In this document: positions 37,708 through 50,510 of the stretch, one piece after another | How the letters are laid out: the number at the start of each line of letters is the position of its first letter | Numbering within the stretch: position 1 is the stretch's first letter | Notes under the pieces: generated by a model | The model's input: the letters and a program-made list of their open reading frames with translations, nothing else | Database searches by the model: none | Told to the model about the DNA's origin: nothing | Position numbers and translations under genes: made by a program | Assembly (NCBI GenBank): GCA_030390025.1 | Contig: CM059425.1 | Location: 172,858,001 to 172,922,000 of the forward strand | Length of the DNA: 64,000 nucleotides | Direction: 5' to 3' | Source of the DNA: Squalus acanthias | Lineage: Eukaryota

Positions 37708-39731
37708 CAACCGTGGATAACAGGGGAAATTAGAGACAGCATAAAATCCAAAGATAGGGCGTATAAAATAGCCAAAAAAAGCGCCAGAGCGGAAGATTGG
37801 GAACAGTTTAAGATAGAGCAAAGAAGGACAAAGGGCTTAATCAAGAGGGGCAAAATAGCTTACGAAAGCAAGCTGGCGGAAAATATAAAAACTAACTCCA
37901 AAAGCTTTTATAAGTACATCAAGAGGAAAAGACTGGTGAAAACCAAAGTTGGTCCATTGCAGTCAGATACGGGGGAATATATAACGGGAAATAAGGAAAT
38001 GGCAGACCAACTAAATGCATACTTTGGGTCAGTCTTTACGAAGGAAGACACAAGAAACCTCCCTGGGATATCGGGAAAAATAGGGACATTGGCAAAGGAG
38101 GAACTGACGCAAATCAATATCTCTAAGGATATGGTGTTAAGGAAGCTAAAGGGATTGAAGGCGGACAAATCCCCAGGGCCTGATAACATGCATCCTAGGG
38201 TACTGAAGGAGGTGGCCCTAGAGATAGCGGATGCACTAAGTATAATTTTTCAGAATTCATTAGACTCGGGAACAGTGCCCATGGATTGGAGGGTAGCTAA
38301 CGTTACCCCACTATTCAAAAAGGGGGGTAGGGAAAAAGCAGGTAATTACAGACCTGTAAGCCTTACATCAGTTGTGGGCAAAATGCTGGAGTCCATCATT
38401 AAGGATGAAATAGCGGAGCACTTAGCAAATGGGGACAGGATAGGACAGAGTCAACATGGATTTACAAAGGGTAAATCGTGCTTGACTAATCTATTGGAAT
38501 TTTTTGAGGGAGTAACTGGTAAAATAGATGGGGGAGAGCCAGTAGATGTGGTGTACCTGGACTTCCAAAAGGCCTTCGACAAGGTCCCACATAAAAGATT
38601 AGCATGGGATAAAGGGGAAAGTATTGACGTGGATAGAGAACTGGCTGTCAGATAGAAAACAGAGAGTTGGAATAAACGGCTCATTTTCTGAATGGCAGGC
38701 AGTAACAAGTGGGGTACCGCAGGGATCTGTCCTGGGTCCCCAGCTGTTCACAATTTACATTAATGACCTGGATCAGGGAGTCGGATGCAGCATTTCCAAA
38801 TTTGCAGACGACACTAAACTAGGAGGGGGGGTGGGCTCAGAGGAGGAGACCAGGAAGCTCCAGAGCGATTTGGACAGACTGGGTGATTGGGCGGATAAAT
38901 GGCAGATGCACTATAATGTGGACAAGTGCGAAGTTATCCACCTTGGGTGCAGGAACGGGAGGGCAAATTATTATTTAAATGGCAATAAATTGGGAGAGGG
39001 GGAAGTACAGAGAGACCTGGGTGTTCTTGTACACCAGTCACTGAAGGCGAGCATGCAGGTGCAACAGGCGGTCAAGAAGGCAAACAGTATGCTGGCCTTC
39101 ATAGCAAAAGGGTTGGAATACAGGAACAGGGATACCTTGCTGCAGCTGTACAGGGCACTGGTGAGACCACACCTCGAGTACTGTGTACAGTTTTGGTCGC
39201 CTCATCTGAGGAAAGATGTTCTTGCCATGGAGGGGGTGCAGCGGCGATTCACCAGGCTGATACCAGGAATGGCGGGATTGACCTATGAGGAGAGACTATG
39301 TAGTTTAGGGATGTACACACTGGAGTTTAGAAGATTGAGAGGGGACCTCATAGAAGTGTATAAAATTCTGACAGGTCTAGACAGACTAGATGCAGAAGGA
39401 ATGTTTCCCTTGGCGGGTGAGAACAGAACTAGAGGACATAATTTAAGGATAAGGGCTAAACCATTTAGGACAGAAATGAGGGGGAATTTCTTCACTCAGA
39501 GGGTGGTGAACCTGTGGAACTCATTGCCACAGAGGGCAGTGTACGCCAGCTCATTAAATATATTTAAGAGGGAATTAGATATATTTCTACAGGCAAAAGG
39601 GGTTAAGGGTTACGGAGAGAAGGCGGGGACGGGATACTGAATTGGAGGATCAGCCATGATCTCATTAAATGGCGGAGCAGGCTCGAAGGGCCAGATGGCC
39701 TACTCCTGCTCCTATCTTCTATGTATCTATG
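37708..39731 (+). mobile_element. Young 5'-truncated CR1 LINE (ORF2 RT), single frameshift
   Basis: Reading frame open from 37708 to 39640 except one deletion near 38603; [23 protein letters not shown]-type tail. Confidence 0.93.
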
Positions 39732-39989
39732 AAACAGATGCTGCATGAAGACTCATTCAGCCATTTTTGTGACTGCCATTATTAGCTGCAGAAGTTTGTT
39801 TTGCTGCAGTACTTGTTTTTGAATCTTTTTTCTGATTTTCTTTTTTACATTCCATTTGCTGCTTGTTCAGGCTTTGCCTCCTTTGGGAATTTATTTGCGG
39901 TCCCATATTTTCCAACTACAGCTTGGTGGCACTTGCAATTACATTCCCACAACCTCTATATCCAGTGGGTATAACACTCTTTTTGCTTG

Positions 39990-41150
39990 TTTTGGGAAAG
40001 GAAGAGTATGTGTTGAAGAAGGTGCAATCGAACCTAGGCAAACTGCCTGCGCTGACGTTACCCAACCCGCTATGTCTACAGACCAAGGTGCAGAATCCTA
40101 GACCTGTCTAATAGGATCTGCCTTCACCAACTTTGTTTCACCAGAGAGGCAGTCACTGAATTATGTCTTCTTTTTGAGGCAATCCCTTCCGACAAGTTCC
40201 ATGATAGTCAAAGTGATCAATGCATTGAGCTCTGGATCCTTTCAAACAACAGCAGAGTATTTATGCCTAGTTTCTCAATCAGCAGCACAGCATTGTCAAA
40301 TGCTTTGTATACCAGGACAATTCCATTACTTAAATGAAGGGTCATCGACCTGAAACGTTAGCTCTGTTTCTCTCCCCACAGATGCTGTCTGACCTGCTGA
40401 GTATTTCCAGCATTTTCTGTTTTTATTTCAGATTTCCAGCATCCGCAGTATTTTGCTTTTGTAATTCCATTACTTTCCCTGTACAAAGAAGCCAGCAGAA
40501 TAAGCGAGTACTGTATTATTTCAATGTGGCAGGCTTCCCCAAAGATTAGAGGCATTTTTGTTGACACAATTGTGGTCATATGAGCTCTTACTCTCAATTC
40601 CATAATGTTTATGAACAAAAAGGGTTTAATTCCATTGATATGCAACTCAGTCTATGATCATATGCACAAACCTATGCCTGTAGCAGTCATGATATTTTCT
40701 TTTTATGTCAGTCTATGGTGCCATCATGATTTCAAGGGCCAAAAAGACTGGATGGATGGTCCTTCAGAAACGAAAGATATCATCTTCAGTATTGCCCGTA
40801 ACCCCCTTGAGAAAGCCATGAACAATAGCTGAACAGTGATATAATGAGGCACAGGTTGCCAACAGGATCATAGTGGAAAAGACTATAAAATGTTGAAATA
40901 AAGGTTCTAATGCTTGCACAAATAAAGGTGGGCATTACTATATAACCTCAATGAGGTCACAAATATCATTGTAGTCTATTTTATTTTGTACAAATTTTCC
41001 ACACAGAGGCATCACCATGCATCAGATGAAAAGGAGGCCCAGCCACAGACATTGGCAGAGGACGACACTGAGACAGAGCCTTAAGGACATGTCTAGTGAA
41101 CCTCAGTAGCAGACTGGAAAAGGCCTAAGGCAGGCTCTAATCAATGAGCA
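39990..41150 (+). pseudogene. Heavily degraded Harbinger (HARBI1-like) transposase remnant
   Basis: Scattered motifs EAVTELC, SGSFQ, SQSAA, AGFPK, NKKG and YNEAH-like in the expected order; many stops. Confidence 0.55.
40332..40462 (+). mobile_element. Short Penelope-type tail insertion with truncated hammerhead
   Basis: 13-bp TSD AATTCCATTACTT (40319-40331, 40463-40475); begins at TGAAGGGTCATCGACCTGAAACGTT. Confidence 0.85.
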
Positions 41151-42046
41151 CTTCACAATTCTCTGTTCTACCCAAAGCACAAACTGTCCTGTCCACATCT
41201 ACACCATAAAAAAGACCAATACACTGCCTCCACCATTGCCTTTTAACCAAAGTGTCAGCCTTGGCTCAATGGTAGCACACTTGCCTCTGTCAAAAGGATG
41301 TGGGTTCATGTCCCACTCCAGAGACTTGAGCGCATAATCTACATTCAGCTATTTTCCAATGAGTGTTCCTTGGATTCAAAGTGGATGATATCCCACTTCC
41401 CCATATTAAATCCATTTACCATAGTATTGCCCACAGTACTTAATCTGTGTATGACCCTTTGTAACTTCCTGCTCGTATCTACACAGCTTTCTGTGTCTCC
41501 TAACTTAGTATTATCTGCAAACTTGGATGTAAAACTCTCTATTCCTTCATCTAAGTTGTTGATATATACGGTGAAAAGCTGAGACGCCAGTACAGATCCC
41601 TGGGGATCGCCACTTGTCACGTCCCGCCAATCAGAGAGCCATTCCCTTTATCTCTATTCTCTGTCTCCTATTTCCCAACCAATTACCAATCCATGTTACA
41701 AGGTTACCTCCAATTCCATGTGCTCTCATTTTTGATAATCTCTTGTGCTCAACCTTATCAAATGCTTTGTGGAAGTCCATTTAGACGGCATCCATAGACA
41801 CTCCTCTATCACTGATGGTGACCTCCTCAAAACATTCAATTAGATTAGTCAGACATGACCTATCCTTTACAAATCCACGCTGAGTCTCTTTGGTCAGCTC
41901 AAAAGTCTAAGCAGTTTGTCACTCTGTCTCTGATGATGAATTCTGATTACATCTCCACAATTGATGTTAAACTGAGAGGTCTGTAGTTACCTGGTTTCTT
42001 CTTAAATAATGGATTGATATTTGCAATTTTCCAATCCAAAGTCATA

Positions 42047-45000
42047 GGGCTGGATTTTGTGGGGGGGTCAGCGGACACGATCGGTGGCGGGTCGGGTGGG
42101 AAAGTTTTTCTTTCCCCCAGTGGATCGGGACCCCGCTGTGAACACACCGCCACACGCCTTTACCAAATGTCGGGTCTGTCCGCGCTGAGCAGACCCAACA
42201 TGCAGAGACGGGGGAGGCAATTAAAGTCATTGGTGGCTTGTTTACAGCCACTTAACAGTGTTTTTTTCCCAGCTTTTTGAATTTGACAGGTCGCCCACCG
42301 GTTTCCCGCTGTGCCTAGACCTCGTCTGTGAAGCTGAGGTGGGAGGTCAGTGGCCATTGTATCAGCTGTTGAGTTGACGGCTTCAAATGTCAAGTCAAAG
42401 CTTCCAGCTGATTGAGAAATGTTCCCTTAACCACAAGCTTCTCTAAACTGCATTTCCACTACAGATTCAGAATTCTGCAAGTCTTTACACAAGTCTCCAT
42501 CCAGTCTGACCTCATTATCTCTCCCACCATTGACAGATCGCTTCTGTCACCTCTACCATCATTCAAGGAAATAATGCATAATTTGCAACAAACATATATT
42601 CCTCTAGAGCATAAAAACCCAAAAGGAAAAGTAATCCAACCATGGCTAACAAAAGAAATTAAAGCTAGTATTAAGTCAAAGGAGGAAACTTATAAAGTTG
42701 CCAGAAAAAGCGGTCAGCCTGAGGATTGGGATCTTTTTAGAAATCAGCAAAGGGGGACCAAGAAATTGATAAAGAAAGGGAAAATGGAATATGAGCACAA
42801 ACTAGCGAAAAATATAAAAATGGATTGTAAAAGCTTCTATAGGTATGTGAAAAAGAAAAGACTGGCGAAGGTAAATGTAGGTCCTTTACAGTCAGAGACG
42901 GGAGAATTTATAATGGGGAATGAGGAAATGGCTGAGAAATTAAATAAATACTTTGTTTCTGTCTTCACGGAGGAAGACAAAAAAACTCCCAGAAATACAA
43001 GAAAACCAAGGGTGTGGCGAGAATGGGGAACTTAAAGAAATTATTATTAGTAAAAAAAATGGTACTAGCAAAATTAATGGGACAAAAAGTCGATAAATCC
43101 CAAGGACCAGATGACCTACATCCTAGGGTTTTGAAAGAGGTGGCCATTGGGATAGTAGACGCATTGGTTGTCATCTTCCAAAATTCTATAGATTCTGGAA
43201 CGGTTCCTGCAGATTGGAGGATAGCAAATGTAACCCCACTATTTAAGAAAGGAGGGAGAGAGAAAACTGGGAACTACTGACCTGTTAGCCTCATATCAGT
43301 AGTTGGGAAAATGCTGGAACCTATTATAAAGGATGCAATAACTGGGCACTTAGAAACTAATAGTAAGATTGGGCAGAGTCAACATGGATTTATGAAAGGG
43401 AAATCCTGTTTGACAAACCTATTGGAATTCTTTGAGGATGTAACTAGTGGAGTAGACAAAGGGGAACCGGTAGATGTGGTGTATTTGGATTTTCAAAAGG
43501 CCTTCGATAAGGTCCCACACAAGAGGTTGGTGAACAAAATTAGGGCACATGGAATTGGGGGTAATATACTAGCATGGATTGAGAATTGGTTAACAGACAG
43601 AAAACAAAGAGATGGGATAAACGGGTCTTTTTCAGGATGGCAGGCTGTGACTAGTGGGGTACCGCAAGGATCGGTGCTTGGGCCCCAGCTATTCACAATC
43701 TATATCAATGATTTGGATGAGGGGACTAAATGTAACATTTCCAAATTTGCTGATGACACAAAGCTAGGTGGCAGTGTCAGTTGCGTAGAGGATGTGAAGA
43801 GGCTTCAAGGGGATCTCGACAGACTCTGAGTGGGCGAGAACATGGCAGATGGAATATAATGTGGATAAATGTGAAGTTATCCACTTTGGTAGAAAAAACA
43901 GAAAGGCAGAGTATTTCCGAAATGGTGAAAGATTGGGGAATGCAGATGCTCAAAGGGACCTGGGTGTCCTTGTACATGAGTCACTGAAAGTGAATGTGCA
44001 GGTGCAGCAAGCCATTAGGAAGGTAAATGGTATGCTGGCCTTCATTACAAGAGGATTTGAGTACAGGAGTAAAGAAGTCTTACTCCAATTATATAGGGCC
44101 TTGGTGAGACCACACCTGGAGAACTGTGTGCAATTTTGGTCTCCTTACCTAAGGAAGGATATACTTGCCATAGAGGGAGTGCAACGAAGGTTCACGAGAT
44201 TGATTCCTGGGATGGTGGGACTGTCGTATGAGAAGAGATTGAGTAAACTAGGCCTGTATTCTCTTGTATTCAGAAGAATGAGAGGGGATCTCATTGAAGC
44301 ATACAAAATTATTACAGGGCTTGATGGGGTTGATGTTGGGAGAATGTTTCCCTTGGCTGGGGAGTCTAGAACCAGGGGCCACAGCCTCAGGATAAAGGGT
44401 AGGCCATTCAGGACTGAGATGAGAAGAAATTTCTTCACACAGAGGGTGGTGAATCTTTGGAATTCTCTACCCCAGAGGGCTGTGGAGGCTCAGTCATTGG
44501 GTATATTCAAAACAGAAGTCGATAGATTTCTGACTAGTAAGGGCATCAAGGGATATGGCGATAGGGCCGGTGAATGGAGTTGAGGCAGAAGATCAGCCAT
44601 GATCTCATTGAATGGCGGAGCAGGCTCGAAGGGCCGAATGGCCCACTCCTGCTCCTATTTCTTATGTTCTTATGTACCTCACCTGCCATCTATTCCATCA
44701 GCATGGGTGCCCTTGAAACTCTCACCTTGGTCCTCAGAATCCCACCACGACCAGCCCAAACACCAGCAGCACCAGGCACACCAGCAGCACCAACAACAAC
44801 CTCCGCAATCAACTGATGCTGCACAGGACACAGGGCATCAGCACCCGAGCCCATTGCTGCCTGGGAGGCCAGGGATGGCCTCATCATGGCCAGATTTACT
44901 TCACTTGACGCTGTATACCCTGGCTGCCACATGATGCACCAGGTTGGCACCACCCCACACCAACACCATAAAGCATCCCTACAATGCCCAAGCCATTCCT

Positions 45001-45918
45001 TTCACACTCATCACCATTGCGGGGGGTACTGTTACGTCTCATCATTCACTGCAACTCACTAAGCCACTTCCAAAGGTGCACACAAATCTCTCCAAGAACG
45101 CAAAGTGTTGAAAATAAAGGTTTCAATGTTTGACACCACATTAACAGAAACTTTACATGAACATTGCATAAAACACCCAAGTGCCTACCCTTGTGTGTTG
45201 TTAGTTGGTATTGCACTAGGATGAGGGTGAGTGTGAGGGGTGGCTCGTGAGCTGGGGATGTGATAATGTCGATAGGGGTGGGTGGAGGTGCAAGGTAAGT
45301 TGGTGTGAGTAAGGATGTGCAGGAGAAGGGTAGGGAAGGCAGAGTGATGGGAATGTGATTAGAAGCACAGCAGGATGAGGTTGAGTGTGGCTTTGTACTA
45401 ACGTTTTGTGATCTACTGAGATCATTGAGACGTTTGTGGCACTACACCCAGGTCCTCCTGACCACATCCCTGCTTGTGCCCTCCTCTGCAATGTACAAAC
45501 AGGCTGTGTTGATCTCCTAGGGAGGTCTCTTCCGCCTGTGGGAAGGGAAGAGGACCTCCCTTCATGTTGTGACTCCCTCCATAAGCATATGGAGGGAGTC
45601 ATGGGAGAGCCTGGGTGCAGCCCTGCACCTCTGTGCAGTGCTTGCCAGTGTTTGCAGCACCTCAGTGCTGTAGAACACTGACATCACACGTCAAAAGAAA
45701 GTTTGCCATGGTCCCTTTATGGAAACCGGCTGATGATGCGTCATTAAATGACGTCACCAGACCCACCTCCTCTAATTGGCTGGGAAACTTGCTGGGCGGG
45801 CTTAACGAGTCCAATCGGGAAATTCATTTCGGAGGCCGGGATGGAGACAGCAGTGGGGTCGGGACCCACCACCAATGTCGCCCGCCACAGACCCACCGAG
45901 GTTTGTAAAATCCAGCCC
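42047..45918. mobile_element. Non-autonomous PIF/Harbinger element containing a nested CR1
   Basis: TIRs GGGCTGGATTTT / AAAATCCAGCCC and TSD ATA (42044-42046, 45919-45921). Myb exon-1 remnant (AAPRLSHDSLHMLMEG...EVLFP) on the minus strand at ~45390-45640. Confidence 0.87.
42560..44675 (+). mobile_element. 5'-truncated CR1 LINE nested in the Harbinger element
   Basis: ORF2 pieces 42412-44583 with RT motifs; TTCTTATG tail. Confidence 0.92.
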
Positions 45919-46889
45919 ATAATTCCTGAATCTAGAGAGCTTAGAAAAATTAAGACTAACACTTCTGCAATTTCCTCACTTAGTTTTCACACCAGAGTAT
46001 TAGAAGAAATATCAGATCTTGGAGATTTGTCTATCTTAAGTCCCATTATTTTCTCCATTAGCATTTTTTTAAACTTATATTAAATTCATTAAGTTCCTCC
46101 CCACGTCTTACATTTAGGTTCCCTTGTACCACTGATATTTTGACCTCTTCCTCCACTGTGAAAACAGATACAAAGTATTAATTTAACAATTCTGTTCTTT
46201 TACTTATTGGCCATTATAGTCTCACCTGCATCTGTCTTTCCCCCTTACCACTCTCTTTCTCTCAATTTAATTATAAAAAGTTTTACTGCTAGCTTTGATA
46301 TCCCTTGCAAGTTTTTTTTGTATTCTCTTTTTGCACCTTTTATTACTTTCTTTGCAGCCCTGTGTTGCTTTTGATAGCACTCCCAATCTGCTGAATTTCC
46401 ACCTTTCCTGGCATTTGCATAAGCCTTTTCTCTTTGCTTTATACTGTCTCTCACCTCATTTGTTGATCATGGTTGCTTAACTACACAAGTGGAACCTTTG
46501 CCTTTTAGGTGTATGCAATAGCTTCATATTTTACCAAATACTTTTTTGTATACCTCTGTGTTTGTAGATTTACCAATTAACAGTTTAGTCCATTTTACTG
46601 TGGCGAATTCCTCTCGTCATTTTGAAGTTTGCCTTAGTTAAATTTAAAACCTTGGTTTGTGACTCTCCCTTCTCTCTCAAAACTAATATCAAATTCAATC
46701 ATTATGGTCACTATTTGTTCCCTTACCATCAGATTGTTAACTAATTCTGGTTCGTTATTCATCACTAAATCTAATATGGCCCATTCCCTTGACTGTTCTA
46801 AAATATTGTTCCATAAAATCGATGATACTATGCCCATTTTACAGGTATAAAACAAATGCCTAAAAGGCAATATGGTAGGTCTGTCTTTG

Positions 46890-49270
46890 AGGCTGGAGAA
46901 CAAGGAGAAGCACTGAGGAGCACTGTCTCGGATGTCTGCTTCACCAAGGAGGCTGTCACTGAGCTATATCACTTGCTGCAGCCACAACTAAAGCCTCAAA
47001 CGATGGCATGGACAGCACTGCCTGTGGCTGTCAAGCTCACCGTGCCCTTAGCTTTTATGCAACAGGTAACTTCCAGGCTTCCAGCAAGTGACATCAGTGA
47101 TATCACCCAGTTTGCTGTTTTTCAGTTGTATCAGGGAGGTCACCAAGGCTCTCTACACTAGGAGGAACATTGACATCTTTCCCATTGGACAGAGAAAAGC
47201 AGGATGAGCGAGAACTAGGCTTCACCCATATTACAGACTGCCCCAGGGACCAAGGTGCCATGAATTGCACCCATATTGTCTTGTATGCTCTCCAGCACCA
47301 GCCTGGCATCTTTCACAACAGAAAGGGATTCTGTTCCCTCAACTGTTGTTTAAAAAGGGAGAAAGGGATAGACCGAGTAATTACAGGCCAGTCAGCCTAA
47401 CCTAGGTGGTGGGCAAATTATTGGAAAAAATTCAGAGGGACAGTATTAACCATCATTTAGAAAGGTATGGATTAATCAAGGACAGTCGGTATGGATTTGT
47501 TAAGGGAAATTCGTGTCTAACTAACTTGATTGAGTTTTTTGAGGAGGTAACAAGGAGGGTCAATGAGGGTAGCACATTTGATGTAGTCTACATGGATTTT
47601 AGCAAAGCTTTTGACAAGGTCCCACATGGCAGACTAGTCAGAAAAGTAAAAGCCCATGGGATCCAAGGGAAAGTGACAAATTGGATCCAAGATTGGCTCA
47701 GTGGCGGGAAGCAAAGGGTAATGGTCAACGGGTGTTTTTGTGACTGGAAGGCTGTTTCCAGTGGGATTCCGAAGTGCTCAGTACTAGCTGCCTTGCTTTT
47801 TGTGGTATATATCAATGATTTAGACTTCAATGTAGTGGGCATGATTAAGAAGTTTGCAGATGATACAAAAATTGGCCGTGTGGTTGATAATGAGGAAGAA
47901 AGCTGTAGACTGCAGGAAGATGTCAGTGGACTGGTCAGGTGGGCAGAAAAGTGGCAAATGGAATTCAATCCAGAGAAGTGTGAGGTAATGCATTTGGGGA
48001 GGGCTAATAAGGCAAGGGAATACACAATAAATGATAGGATACTGAAAAGTGTAGAGGAACAGAGGGACCTTGGAGTGCATGTCCACAGATCCATGAAGGT
48101 AGCAGGACAGGTAAATAATGTGATTAAGAAGGCATACGATATACTTTCCTTTATTAGCCAAGGCATAGAATATAAGAGCAGGTAGGTTATGCTTGAACTG
48201 TATAAAACACTAGTTGGGTCACAACTAGAGTACTGCATACAATTCTGGTCACCACATTACAGGAAAGATGTGATTGCACTAGAGAGGGTACAAAGGAGAT
48301 TTATGAGGATATTGCCAGGATTGGAGAATTTTAGCCATGAGGAAAGATTGGATAGGCTGGGGTTGTTTTCTTTGGAACAGAAGCGGCTGAAGGGAGACTT
48401 AATTGAGGTGTATAAAATTATGAGGGGCCTAGATAGAGTGGATAGGAAGGACCTATTTCCCATAGCAAGAGAGGTCAATAACCAGGGGGCATAGATTTAA
48501 GGTAATTGGTAGAAGGATTAGAGGGGAGTTGAGGAGAACCTTTTTCACCCAGAGGGTGGTGGGGGTCTGGAACTCACTGCCTGAAAGGGTGGCAGAGGCA
48601 GAATCCCTCATCACATTTAAAAAGTACTTGGATATGCACTTGAAGTGCTGTAACTTACAAGGCTAAGGACCAAGAGCTGGAAAGTGGGGCTAGGCTGGAC
48701 AGCTCTTTTTCAGCCGGCACAGACACAATGGACTGAATGGCCTCCTGTGCTGTAAATTTCTATGATTCTAACGTCCAGCTTGTTTGCGACTACAAGCAGT
48801 ACATCATGCAGGTCTATGCCCAGTTTCCTGGTAGCAGTCATGATTCATTCATCCTGTGCCTGTCCTCTGTGCCACCTTTATTCCAACCAAGCCATCGGTT
48901 CACTGGCTGGCTACTGGGCGTCCACGGCTATCCCTTCAGGCATGGCTCATGACTCCTGTCAGGAACCTGGGCACAGCTGCAGAACATACCTATAACAAGA
49001 GTCATGCTGCCACAAGAAACACAATTGAGCAGACAGCGTATTCAAGCAGCATTTCTGCTGCCTTGACCGTTCAAGAGGAGCTTTGCAGTGCACCCCTGAG
49101 CACGTATCCAGATTTGTGGTCGTCTGCTGCATTATGCATAACTTTGTGATTATGAGGGACCATCACTTACCACCACCTGGGCAGCAAGAAGTCTACGAGG
49201 AGGAGCAGGAGCAACATTAACCATCAGTAGTGCCAGAGCAATTCAAGAAGAATTCATCCAAGAGCGCATC
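46890..49270 (+). pseudogene. Harbinger (HARBI1-like) DDE transposase remnant split by a CR1
   Basis: FTKEAVTELY...ALPVAVKL...HNRKGFCSLN | VQLVCD...FPGSSHDSFIL...YNKSHAATRNTIEQ. Confidence 0.8.
47344..48769 (+). mobile_element. 5'-truncated CR1 LINE
   Basis: ORFs 47406-48185 and 48189-48494; AAC duplicated at 47341-47343 and 48770-48772. Confidence 0.9.
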
Positions 49271-49469
49271 ATGTGAACATCCCCCCTCCCCCATCCCCAC
49301 TATACCACAGTACCGCAATCCTTATCAGCACCATCCTTACTGCCACCATCCAATTATTTTCCTTCAGACCAGCCTTATGGGTCTTACCCTCACTTCACTA
49401 CAAATATTAACACCAACACCAAATATTTTTCTCACACTTTTTGACTTCCTGTGTGGATTTTTTAGGCTG

Positions 49470-49815
49470 ACAGCTCAGACCAGTACTGTAGGCGGTGTCA
49501 TCTTTCAGGTGAGATGTTAAACCAAGGCCCTGCCTGGTCTCTCAGGTGGGCATAAAATAATCTATGGGCCTATTTGAACTGCGGGGGAGTTCTTCTGATG
49601 TCCTGGCCAACATTTATCCCTTAACCAATAGCACTGTAACAGATCATTTTGGTCATTTATCTCATTGTTGTTAATGGGACCTTTCTGTGCACAAATTGGC
49701 AGTTATATTTTACTATACAACAGTGATTACAATTCAAAAGTACTTCAATGGCTGTGAAATGCCTTAGGACATCCTGAGGTGTTGAAAGATACTATATAAA
49801 TTCAAATTCTTTCTT
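49470..49815 (+). mobile_element. DeuSINE, 5'-truncated
   Basis: Deu domain and L2-type tail as at 7128-7553. Confidence 0.8.
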
Positions 49816-50510
49816 CCATTAAGGACGTCGCAGTACCTCAGTCATAGCTGGAATCTCTTGATTAGAGCATAGCAAAGCAATGTTCAAAATCTGGGGTTGC
49901 TGCATTGCTTAGCAAGGTTAGATTTACAGTTCATATTCAATGACGCAGACAAGTTAACAGATTTGAATATGCAGGCTTTTCTCACTGCAATACCTAGTCT
50001 TTCATGTACATCAACTTTGTGGTTCTGTCTGCTTAAGTTCCCCTTAGGAGCTTGCGCTGAGTTTCCATTTGTGGCCAATATCTTCTTCCTTCAGTCATCA
50101 TCTGCTTGTCCTGCAAAGTACATGTTTCTCTATAGTGCTGCATTGTACATAACTCTCAAAGTATGCTCGGAGGCATGAGAGATCGGTGGGGTTTGGAGAT
50201 CATGAGTTGTGGAGGGGGTGGTGGGTGCCTGGAGATCGCGGGGAGGGAGACAGATCGCAGCAGGTTTGCTTAAGGGGCCGGGGGGAAGCAGTCCTGTTCC
50301 TCCTGGTCCACAGGCAGTGCTGGAAAAGCACTTACCTGCTAGATCTGGCAGCTCCCACCTCCCTTCAGCTGTTGGGTTTCCCGAGTCCTGGGAAACCCGG
50401 CCCGCAGCCGTTAAATCCAAATTGGTAATAAAATCTGAGACACGGAGCCTCATTTAAGTATTATAATTACCAACACACCTCTCAAGATCAGGTTACTTAT
50501 CCAACCCCAA

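Larger units (their letters stand above)
41345..46810 (-). mobile_element. Old CR1 LINE (pieces 41345-42043 and 45922-46810) split by a Harbinger insertion
   Basis: GDPQGSVL/KFADNTK, DWKIANINPLFKK and ILDLVMNNEPELV remnants are collinear across the insertion. Confidence 0.75.
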
